From assembly GCF_006345805.1 (NCBI RefSeq), contig NC_042999.1:128340001-128404000 (forward strand): a DNA stretch of 64,000 bases, written 5' to 3'. Under the pieces are notes generated by a model. That model did not search any database. It saw only the letters and a program-made list of their open reading frames with translations, and was not told where the DNA came from. The stretch comes from Octopus sinensis (lineage: Eukaryota). The translations under genes and the position numbers were made by a program. Below, piece after piece: positions 53,942 to 64,000 of the stretch. Position 1 is the first letter of the stretch. Each line of letters starts with the position of its first letter.

Positions 53942-55055
53942 ATATATGAAAAAGGTTTGAAAATGCAATTAAAACGATGTTTATATTTACTTAACCGGTT
54001 TCACTCTTTGGTAAAGATTGTCAAAAGTAACTTTGATATTATGGGTCAAAAAAAGTTTTTTACATAATTGTCACATTGAATATTATGAATTCAAAAATGT
54101 TTTTTTATACATAATTGTCACATTACATGTATAAATATAGTATAAAAAAGTTCAATAGTATGATAGAATATTTGGAAAAATTGGCAGAAAAGATAAACAA
54201 ATATATTATTGGAAATTTGGTTGCGTTAATTATTGGTTGTCGCAAATTGTCACATTACATGTATATATATACAGTCTTTGGTAGAAAGACATGTAAAGAC
54301 ATAAGGAAGTGTAATAGTTTGGTGAGAAAGCTTGTAATATTGACAGAGAAAATTAAAATGGATATTTTAGACTCTCAGAATATTTTGAATCGAAGGCGAG
54401 AATTTGTTTTTTACTGACCTGTTTGTTTTACAGAAAAGTTGGATTGAGAGAAAAAAGATATGTAACCCAGTTTGGTTTATACTTCCCCTTCAAGCATCAG
54501 TGATTTGAAGGGGAAGTATAAACCAAACTGGTACATATCTTTTTTTCTCTCAATCCAACTTTTCTGTAAAACAACAGGTCAGTAAAAAACATTCTCGCCT
54601 TCGATTCCAAATATTCTGAGATGTCTAAAATATCCATTTTAATTTTCTCTGTCAATATTACAAGCTTTCTCACCAAACTATTACACTTCCTTATGTCTTT
54701 AACATGTCCTTTCTACCAAGACTGTATATATATACATGTAATGTGACAATTTGCGACAACCAATAATTAACGCAACCAAATTTCCAATAATATTTGTTTT
54801 ATTCTTTTCTGCCAATTTTTCCAAATATTCTCATCATACTATTGAACTTTTTTATACTATATTTATACATGTAATGTGACAATTATGTATAAAAAAACAT
54901 TTTTGAATTCAATAATATTCAATGTGACAATTATGTAAAAAACTTTTTTTGAACCCATAATATTCAAAGTTCTTTTGACATCTTTTACCAAGAGTGAAAC
55001 CGGTTAAGTAAATAAACATCGTTTAAATTGCATTTCAAACCTTTTTTCATATATA
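53942..55055. repeat. ~1.1-kb near-perfect palindrome (arms ~550 bp, 11-nt spacer), probably a PLE-derived inverted structure, inside (TA)n
   Basis: Centre ..acttccccttcaa-gcatcagtgat-ttgaaggggaagt.. (spacer 54494-54504). The arms differ mainly by 1-2 nt indels. Hammerhead-like motifs lie near both outer ends. Confidence 0.95.
53987..54030 (-). ncRNA. Hammerhead-like motif (CCGG stem-III family); mirror copy at ~54969-55011 (+)
   Basis: Minus strand: TTACTT-TTGACAA-TCTTT-acc-AAAGA-GT-GAAA-CCG-GTT-AAGTAA. 6-bp stem I, 5-bp stem II, palindrome AACCGGTT. The core is CTGACGA with two transitions. Confidence 0.55.
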
Positions 55056-55083
55056 ACCCACTCGTGCGATCCCCACAACTCAA

Positions 55084-55148
<65 letters not shown>

Positions 55149-55164
<16 letters not shown>

Positions 55165-55420
55165 TATTAGGAGGCACGTGGCTTAGTGGTTAGGGTGTCA
55201 GCATCATGATCATAAAATGTGGTTTTGATTCCTGGACCAGGCAACGTGTGGTTCTTGAGTAAAACACTTCATTCACGTTGCTCCAGTCCACTCAGCTGGC
55301 AAAAATGAGTAATGTTGCGATGGACTGGCATCCTGCCCAGCTGAGGAACACATACATCATTGAAACTAGGAAAGTGTGCCCATGAGCCTGGCTAGGCTTT
55401 AAAAGGGCGCATTTATTTAT
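55149..55420 (+). mobile_element. SINE family C
   Basis: ggaggcacgtggcttagtggttagggtgtc..ttgattcctggaccaggc..gttgctccagtccactcagctggcaaaaatg..gcgatggactggcatcc. Confidence 0.82.
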
Positions 55421-55549
55421 TATTTTTTATATACATATACTTGAGAATAAATTTTTCTTAGTGGTCAGAACATACGGGGTCTACATTTAGCATATTGGAT
55501 GTCTACTTAGTGGTCATCCCTATTTATGTATGTGTATATATCTATCTCA

Positions 55550-55583
<34 letters not shown>

Positions 55584-55584
55584 G

Positions 55585-55617
<33 letters not shown>

Positions 55618-55773
55618 AAGGTACAGAAAACTTACATATAAGCCATTCTGCTTAAATAATGGTACTGCAAGTACAATATCTTTATGTATCTTACGTCTGT
55701 TTTCATTCCTCCACTTCACTCTGTATTTCATATCTTCTCTACAATAACTATTACTTAAACATTTTCTCGCACT

Positions 55774-55821
55774 GTCTCTGATGAAGGGATATATAAAATA
55801 TCACAGAAACAGCTGTAAGAC
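55774..55821 (+). ncRNA. Best-preserved hammerhead ribozyme motif (type I, minimal, AGCT stem-III family)
   Basis: GTCT-CTGATGA-AGGGATAT-ataaa-ATATCACA-GAAA-C-AGCT-GTA-AGAC. Intact CUGAUGA and GAAA core, stem I GTCT/AGAC, GUA cleavage triplet (55815-55817), palindrome ACAGCTGT. Confidence 0.75.
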
Positions 55822-55863
55822 TTTCTTGGATTTTTTATCGCATTCTGTTAATTTATACATATA

Positions 55864-56661
55864 TCATCATCATCATCATTTAACATTCGGTGTCCATGCT
55901 GGCATGGATTGGATGGTTTGACCAGAGCTGGTAAGCTTGAAGGCTGCAACAGACTCCAGTCTGATTTGGTATGGTTTTCTACAGCTGGATGCTCTTTCTA
56001 ATGCCAACCTCTCTGAGAGTGTAATAGGTCCAATATGTGCCATCAGCATGGGTGCTATTTGCATGACACCGGTATCTGCCACAACTACGATTTTGCTTGG
56101 CTTGGTGGGTCTTGTTCTCAAGCACAACATAATGCCAAAGGTCTCAGTCATAGCCTCTGCGTGTCCCAATACTCGAAAGAAACTCAGCCACTGAAAAGTC
56201 TCATCAGGCTGGGTAAAGTTCAGAGAGCTCCTACCTCTGCTGGTAACAAAGGGCCTCTCTCTCAGAGTGAAAGGCAGATTGTATAATGCCTGTGGGTGAA
56301 CAGCTATGCTACACAGCAGTGAAACATAAGCTGTGACAGTAGAGGACATGCATAGGCTTGAAAGAAATGAAGCCAATATGCTTCACTGGATATGCAATGT
56401 CAGTGTGCATGTTCGACAGAGTGTAAGCATCTTGAGAGAAAAGTTAGGCATAAGAGGCATCAGACGTGGTGTGAAAGAGAGACAACTGCTCTGGTATGGT
56501 CATGTGATGCATATGTAAAGAAGTACCAATGTCCAACTGTGGAAGGAACCTGTGAGAGAGGTAGACCCAGGAAGACGTGGGACGAAATGGTGAAGCATGA
56601 TCTCCGAACTTTGAGCCTAACAGAGGCAATGGCTAGTGACCGAGACCTTTGGTGATATGCT
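55864..56661. mobile_element. RTE insertion with inverted 5' segment
   Basis: Minus-strand 3' end with (GAT)n at 55864-56159, joined to a plus-strand upstream ORF segment at 56205-56661 (GWVKFRELLPLL..MHRLERNEANMLHWIC..LWYGHV..GRPRKTWDEMVKHDL). Confidence 0.85.
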
Positions 56662-57773
56662 CTACACAGTCGTCCTCATCCATATGCATCTCTGTCTTGG
56701 TCAATGTAATGACTACATGCTATACACCTTCCTTCCAAGCACTGCTGTAAACAGTGAGCTAGAACATTAAAACTTAGTGCACATGTACAGCAAAGTTCAA
56801 GGTCAATCTTTGCCAAGCAGCTTTACTCTTCAAGCTTTAACTTCTTTACTATGGCAATAATCCGGATACTTATTGATCAGACCTTATATAAGTGTGTGTG
56901 TGTGTATGTGTGTCTGTGTGAGGAAGTATTAGAGCTGAAATTTAACAAGTGATTTTCATAAGATTTTGATCATTTTGTAAACCTTTTCATGCACTAGTAA
57001 TTTCAGAAAATTAATAGAAAATATGTCAGCTTTAATACGTGTGCTAAGCATCATACAGCATGAGTGTATATTCACAAATTAATATAAATATAAAAAAGCT
57101 TGCTTATCAGATAAACAGAACGTCATTGTTACATCAGGTTTATATGTATGATGTGAGGGAGATCAAAACTGGACAAAAGTATACTTATTTGGTCAGTAAA
57201 AGGTACATATGAGAGTAAAGATATTCCATGCTTCTGTTGTGTTAGAGAAAATTTTCTTCACAAATAAACACACCCATATCAGTTAAGATAATGTGTTAGA
57301 AATTAAAAGGGTTCACCATAATTAATGTAAGTAAAATAACAAGAGATAAAGAGAAAAATAAAATAACAAAGTAAAAATAATATAAAAATATAAGCAAATA
57401 TAAAGACATTATTTACCAACGTAATTAGCAAAGTCGTTAGGCAAGGGTAGAAAACAGCTGGTGATTTAAAGAATCAGCAGAATTCCTAGATGATTGCTTC
57501 AAAGACAGAGAGGTCTAGTGGAACTAATACCCAGAACTTGTGTTTGTCAGGAATGAACTTTTATAGGAAATCAAGTAAATCCCAAAACATTTTCAGAGGG
57601 AAGTGGAACTTACATGAATGTTACAGTATTATCAACTGTGCCTCAAATTGCTTTTCCCATAACAGTATAAAAGAAACAAGTTGATCTGGTATAAACATGA
57701 CATGTCATAAAACACACCTATATTGGCATACATGCATAGAAATAAACACACATGGGTGCACATATGAAAACGT

Positions 57774-57812
<39 letters not shown>

Positions 57813-58223
57813 AATATTATATATAGAGAGAGTGAGAGGGAATAGGAGGGGCAAACTATACATAAATATACTTTGAAATTCACACTCATATATACATATA
57901 CATCTTATAAATATCTTCTACCTGTGCATGCCGAATTTTACAGTATATATATATATGAGTGTGTGTGTGTGAGTGTGTGTGTGTGTGTGCATTTAATGCA
58001 TTTAATGTATTTTGCATGACCAATTTGGTGTTTTATGGCAGAATTCTTTACACAGAAACTGAAAGAAGCCTACTGTACACACACACAAACACACACACAC
58101 ACATGTGAAAATGTCAAACAATGAAGGCAATCACCATTCCACCTGTGACCAGCTTGAAAATTGGTAAAGTTATTAAGATATTTTTCTTAACATGAAACCA
58201 ATAGTAGCTTTAATACACAAATA

Positions 58224-58286
<63 letters not shown>

Positions 58287-58314
58287 ATATGTATATGTAT
58301 ATATATAGAGAGAG

Positions 58315-58552
58315 ATTAGAAAAAAAACACCTTTTTTCAATTCAAAATGAACAATTGAATTACACCATCTAGGAAATGACATATAATAGAAATATTAAAA
58401 AATAAAATAACAATAATATACCGATGATTAAGTAAATTGCAAAATGATAAATAAAGCGTATATATTTATTTGATATTTCTATTATATGTAATTTTCTAGA
58501 TGGTGTAATTTAATTGTTCATTTTGAATTGATAAAAGGTGTTTTTTTCTAAT
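58315..58552. repeat. Inverted repeat, ~83-bp arms (MITE-like or foldback) in (TA)n context
   Basis: attagaaaaaaaacacctttt..attcaaaatgaacaatt.aattacaccatctag.. versus ..ctagatggtgtaatttaattgttcattttgaattgataaaaggtgtttttttctaat. Confidence 0.85.
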
Positions 58553-58668
58553 TTTTATATATATATATATATTATATTTTGTGAAATTTGATTTAGTATT
58601 TCTAAATTGAATTTTTCCCTGTAAGTTAGGAATAATATTCCCTCAAATTTTTATTATTATTATATATA

Positions 58669-58767
<99 letters not shown>

Positions 58768-58973
58768 GTCATCCCATAAATAATTAATATGGTTTATTTT
58801 AATTGCATGAACTAAAATTCGGAGGGGTATGGGATAAACTACCTGCATCAACTTGCTATAAAAGCAGGTAGTAATTTTACCATGTACTTATTCTTAGTAC
58901 AAGTTTTGAAGAGTGTGGTTTGATTTATATATATAATCAAAATAAGTAACAAGGATATTCAAAGGTAGTGTAG

Positions 58974-59026
58974 TACAATTGTTTCATGCTACTTCATTTA
59001 ATTAAACAATGTAAGTATTACATCAG
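58974..59026 (-). ncRNA. Degenerate hammerhead-like motif (AATT stem-III family)
   Basis: Minus strand: CTGATG-taa-TACTT-a-CATT[loop]AATG-AAGTA-gcat-GAAA-C-AATT-GTA. Confidence 0.4.
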
Positions 59027-60065
59027 TTTTAAAATGTAGAACATTCTTCATGGAAGTTTTTAATTAAATTGACAATGTTCATTTTTGTACTTATTCCATT
59101 TGCCAACATTACAAGGAGGGTAGGTATATAGACAGAGAGGTGAATTTTATCAGTAAAAACATGGTAGTAGAAGATCTTTACTCATGGGCAGATTTTTTAT
59201 CACTGAGTTCACTTTGTTATTTAGATTTACCAATGGGGAGGGGGTTTTCTATTAAGTTCAGTGGAGACAATCAAGAATTTTTCTATTTATAGATAGAGGA
59301 AGGAGCAGTTTAAATGGCAGAGCCATAAATCCAACCCTTTTATGAGGAATTTAACTTTGGTACATTTGAATGTATTTTAGGAAATATCACTATGAGTGGA
59401 AACAAGTGAGACTTGGTGACAGTGGAGCATTTGATTGTAGAAAATCTTCATCAAATTTTATCTGACCAATGCAAGCCTAGAAAAGTGGGCATTGAAATAT
59501 ACGATAATGCCCTGTTCCTCTGATCAATAACCTGAGTGCATTTAGCTTTTATAATACATTTTATGTTTGATATTTACAGTTGATTTTATGTATTTTATTT
59601 ATTGTTTGAACTTGTTTCTGTATTGCTGTGTTGTTTGGTTTATTAAATTATTGAATTATTTATACAACTGTTATTGATTATGATTGGTTTACTTTTAACT
59701 TTTATCTTTTTACTTGTTTCAGCCATTCAACTGTGGCTATGCTGGGGTGCTACTTTGGAGGGTTTTTATTGAACAAATTGACCCTAGTAATTAATTTTAT
59801 ATTTCTAAGTCTGGTACTTATTCTATAAATCGCTTTTGCAAAACTTTTAAGTTACAGGAATATGAACAAACCAACAGCAATTGTTAAGCAATTGTGGGGA
59901 AACAAAGACAATCATAAACATGTGCATACATTCATACATACATACATACATACATACATACATACATACATACATACATACATACATACATACATACATG
60001 TGTGTATCATCATCATTTAACATCCATTGTCCTTGCTGGTATTGGTTGGATGGTATATAGGCATA

Positions 60066-60233
60066 TAAAGGTGGGAAGCTGGCAGAAACCTTAGCATGCC
60101 GAGCGAAATGCGTAGCCGTATTTCGTCTGCCGGGGTCGATAAATTAAGTACCAGTTACGCACTGGGGTCGATGTAATCGACTTAATCTGTTTGTCCCCTC
60201 TATGTTTAGCCCCTTGTGGATAATAAAGAAATA
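60066..60233 (+). mobile_element. SINE family B variant with 14-bp TSD
   Basis: aagctggcagaaaccttagcatgccgagcgaaatgcgtagccgtatttcg..gtaccagttacgcactggggtcgatgtaatcgac. TSD GGTATATAGGCATA at 60052-60065 and 60234-60247. Confidence 0.85.
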
Positions 60234-60653
60234 GGTATATAGGCATACACACAACAGGCTTCCACACAGTTTCTATCGAATTAATTAACTCATAAGGCAT
60301 TGGTTGGCCTAGGACTGTGGAAGAAATCATTTACTCAAGGTGTTGTGCAGTAGAACTGAACCACAAGATTGCAACTCAAGTCATGAGCATCTAAATCAAA
60401 AATACCTGCCACCAGGTATGTATTATTATTATTTTTTTTTTTTTGGCTTCTGTTGCATCAAGGGGAAATTTAAATGTTCTTCTGAGTAGGAAAAGCATGA
60501 AACTTGCATAACTTAACGACTCTAACTGTTACCATTGAACATACAATACTGTACAGATTCAAACTGACCGACCATGCAACCAGAGCAAGGAGCCATTGCA
60601 ATGTATAGTATTATATAACATAATTCAACTAGTATTATATAACATAATTCAAC

Positions 60654-60821
60654 TATCTCATACAGAAAATAGAAAATTGGTCACGAAAGCTATATTAATA
60701 GAAAAATATGATGTAAATCTCAACACACAGATGGAGCACCCTAGCAACAAACTAATTCCAGACACCATGGATAAAACTGTTTCCTGATTGCTGAAATAAT
60801 CCTGACGTCAGCAGCGAACAA
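60654..60821 (+). pseudogene. Probable Penelope-like GIY-YIG C-terminus followed by a decayed hammerhead-like motif
   Basis: LSHTENRKLVTKAILIEKYDVNLNTQ resembles PLE RKL.EA..I....P.LN.Q. It is followed by CTGAT-TGCTGA[loop]TCAGCA-GC-GAAC. Confidence 0.45.
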
Positions 60822-61221
60822 ATTTAAAATCCCGTGCTAATGAAGGAGAAACAGATGCAAAATTCATATTTTCTCTGTTAGTGATAAATCAACAGTGACA
60901 ACTACCACTAACATCATTTCATTTGGATGATGAATTCTGAAATGTCTTGAAATGTCGTTGAACCTTGGAAGTTTATTGCTTTATTGTGTCAATCATATCA
61001 TAAGGAACTGGAAAAATCATTAATACGAATGTCAAGACTAGTCGAGTTGCATTTTTATTAACTCATTCACACATGCACCCACACGCACACGCACACACAC
61101 ACACACACACACACCACACACACACACATGCACACTCACACACATTTACTGTATATATAGGGTTAATAAATACAAACACATGCATGCATGCACACACACA
61201 CATATGTAAGTGTATGTGTAT

Positions 61222-61298
<77 letters not shown>

Positions 61299-61322
61299 AA
61301 GCTAGATAGATAGATAGAAAGC

Positions 61323-61364
<42 letters not shown>

Positions 61365-61365
61365 T

Positions 61366-61447
<82 letters not shown>

Positions 61448-61510
61448 TGACAGAAAGGTAAGTAGATAGATACTTGCATACATACATACATACATACATA
61501 CATACATACA

Positions 61511-61540
<30 letters not shown>
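61222..61540. repeat. Long (GATA)n then (CATA)n microsatellite
   Basis: Directly visible. Confidence 0.97.
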
Positions 61541-61546
<6 letters not shown>

Positions 61547-62309
61547 TATGTACATACATAATAGCTGTCCACTCTTCACTGAGGAAGACAATTTTGGACC
61601 ATTAAGAACATTGTGCTCTCAGGCAAATTCATACTTTACACTTGTGGCTCTGCTAGTAACTAATGATTTCAGCTCTTGATAAACATAAATGACTGGAGAT
61701 ATCATTGTCTAAGCTTCTCCCATTCACTACACTGGCAGTGAATTTTCAAGTAACTCACTTAAATTCCGCATAGAAAATGCATGTTTATTTAAAAATACCC
61801 ACACTTTGCTTTACTTGTGTCATCTATTGGTGGCAATGACAAGCATTGCTTTCCAAGTTGACCTCACATTTGAGACATGCTTCCAAAAGGAATTTACACA
61901 ATCCTCAATTCATAGTCTTGGGTTTTTGCAGGCTGATCTTTTCATAAACAACTCACCATCAATTGCGAGAAGACATAAGTCATCTTCCAACCATCACCAG
62001 TTGAGACAATTATTTAAGTGGAATATTTTTAACACTTATATGTGTAAACAGAAGCACACACACACATGCAAACACACACACACACTCACACACATATATA
62101 CTTACATATACAGTAAGAGTGACAACAAGAGTGATACATAAATATGTAAAGAAATATGACAAATTTTGATAGATTTAGCTGGATACTTATATAGTAACAG
62201 CTAAAGAGAAAAATTAAAAAGTGTGCGCGCGCACATGTGTGTACATGTATGAATAATATACTTAAAACTAATATTTTGTAGAGTATAGGTTTTCTGTGTG
62301 TGTTCCCTT

Positions 62310-62745
62310 GTCTTCAGCCCTTAACTCCTGATGGAGTCATATGGTTACTGTAGTGACATAATATACACAAGGTTTCTTCATCTGTTGAAGCTATGTATGA
62401 GAACTTGAGCATTCACTAACAATTTTTGTGTCCATTCTTTCACATTGTTCATTTTTTCCTCCTTGTGTTTCCTTCATTTCACATCCCCAGTTCCTTGAGG
62501 AATTTCTTTTCTTTTTGTATGACCACTGGATCTTGTTATATAACCATACTATCTCGTCTTTGTTTTCTTCCCTATTGTGAAAGCTTCAGTGATAGTAGTG
62601 AGTCCAGCATGATGCTGGATAATTTCATAAGCCCATTCATTTGAGATGTCTTCTAAGTACAAGATGCCTAAGCCAGAGCAGCACCAACTCCGTTCCATTG
62701 CCAGTGACTTTCTCTAAATCTTTGCCATGTGAGTCCATGTCTCAC
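62310..62745 (-). mobile_element. Old RTE LINE 3' ORF fragment (different family)
   Basis: CETWTHMAKI*RKSLAMERSW..LGILYLEDISNE..*YGYITRSSG..QGT..NNVKEWT. Confidence 0.65.
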
Positions 62746-63225
62746 ATGTGTACTCTTCCTCTTTCTGCCCTTGTTTTGAAATTGATTATCTGTTTTATAG
62801 TTGAGTGATAGATAAAATAAATACCAGTCACATATTGGTTTCAAACTTTGGTATAAGGCCAGCAATTTAGAAGGAGGGGACCTCAGTGTTCAACTGGTAC
62901 TTATTTTATCGACTCAGCAGAATTTGAACTCAGAACACAAAGATAGAAGAAAAGCCACTAGACATTTTGTCCAGTGTGCTAATGATTCTGCCTGCTCACC
63001 GCCTTAATTACCAGTTATATATTAAGGTTGATGCAATTCCCTTTGCTCTTCTGTGCTAACATTGTTACAGCCTTCTGCTAATACAAGAAATTGATATTTT
63101 TTTACCCTCTGCCAAAGTCCACCTTGTGTTTAATCCTTCTCAGGTGAATGTAAGGTACAGACTTTGTCAGTAAAGTACCAGAAATAGCTTATGCCTCCCT
63201 ACTTTGTGAATCTTTATACACTATT

Positions 63226-63513
63226 CACCTGTGTCGGTGGCACATAAGAAAACACCATCCGAGCGTGGCCGTCTGCCAGCCTCGTCTGGCACCTGTGTCG
63301 GTGGCACATAAAAACACCATCTGAGCGTGGCCGTCTGCCAGCCTCATCTGGCACCTGTGTCGGTGGCACATAAAATCACCCACTACACTCTTGGAAACAC
63401 TGCCAGATCTGACTGGCCTGGTGCAGCCTTCGAGCTTGCCAGACCCCAGTTGAACCGTCCAACCCATGCTAGCATGGAAAGCGGACGTTAAGCGATGATG
63501 ATGATGATGATGA
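63226..63513 (+). mobile_element. RTE 3'-end stub with 62-64-bp minisatellite (about 2.5 units) and (GAT)n tail
   Basis: Units start at 63226, 63290 and 63352 (cacctgtgtcggtggcacataa..ctgccagcctc.tctgg), followed by the common terminus. Confidence 0.85.
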
Positions 63514-64000
63514 TTAGTAATATTTTTATTAGCAAAAACTGGACCTTTAGATTGGTTCTGATACATTGCCACTGACAATATGAGTTCATTTTTAAAGACA
63601 TTCAGTAAGTTAGGTAAATAAACAAGAGTCTGTTCAGTTAAAATATAAAGAATGCTTCTCAAGCATGCCTAGAAACATGTTTACAAGAGAGATCCTCTGT
63701 TTGCTGTTTGTTCATTCAACTAAAAAGCAAATATCAGCTAACTTCTCACAAATAACCCGTTTTTTTTAAAAAAGAAACACATCATACAATATTGTCCTTT
63801 ATATGCAATATAAAGGATAGCTATGATTGCAATTTTTAACATTGTAGGTTTTCTAAGGCAGGGTTATCTTGGGGCTAAACCAGGGCAACAACAAAAACTC
63901 CTCAAAATGTATTTTGTAAATGGTGTCTTTTTTCATTCCATTATTAATCATTATGCAATACAAAACATTCTATGAAGAAGCTGAAGAATGAGTTTTGTGA

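Noticed and set aside
63226-63385. Regularly spaced repeats that superficially resemble a CRISPR array
   Set aside because: Whole units are near-identical with no unique spacers, the context is eukaryotic and there are no cas genes.

Overview
AT-rich, microsatellite-saturated eukaryotic non-coding DNA (intron or intergenic). The repeat complement resembles an octopus/coleoid cephalopod genome; this is inferred from pattern recognition, not a database search. I found no supportable host exon, and nearly all ORFs in the track are microsatellite read-throughs. The real coding remnants are all decayed transposons: R4/Dong-type RLE LINEs in (TAA)n, RTE LINEs (one ~1.9 kb body plus many 3'-end stubs ending in (GAT)n), a CR1-type 3' end, Penelope-like (PLE) RT and GIY-YIG fragments, and several Tc1/mariner elements. 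At least three tRNA-derived SINE families are also present (labelled A, B, C here). The most interesting signal is about ten minimal type-I hammerhead-ribozyme-like motifs in several sequence families. Most have a palindromic stem III (ACAGCTGT, ACAATTGT, AACCGGTT, ACGT) and sit in short elements embedded in (TA)n. Two of them cap a ~1.1 kb near-perfect palindrome (53942-55055). Also visible are twin-priming-like inverted RTE insertions, a SINE/CR1 shared 3' tail and several foldback elements. Coordinates were read by eye and element boundaries are approximate.
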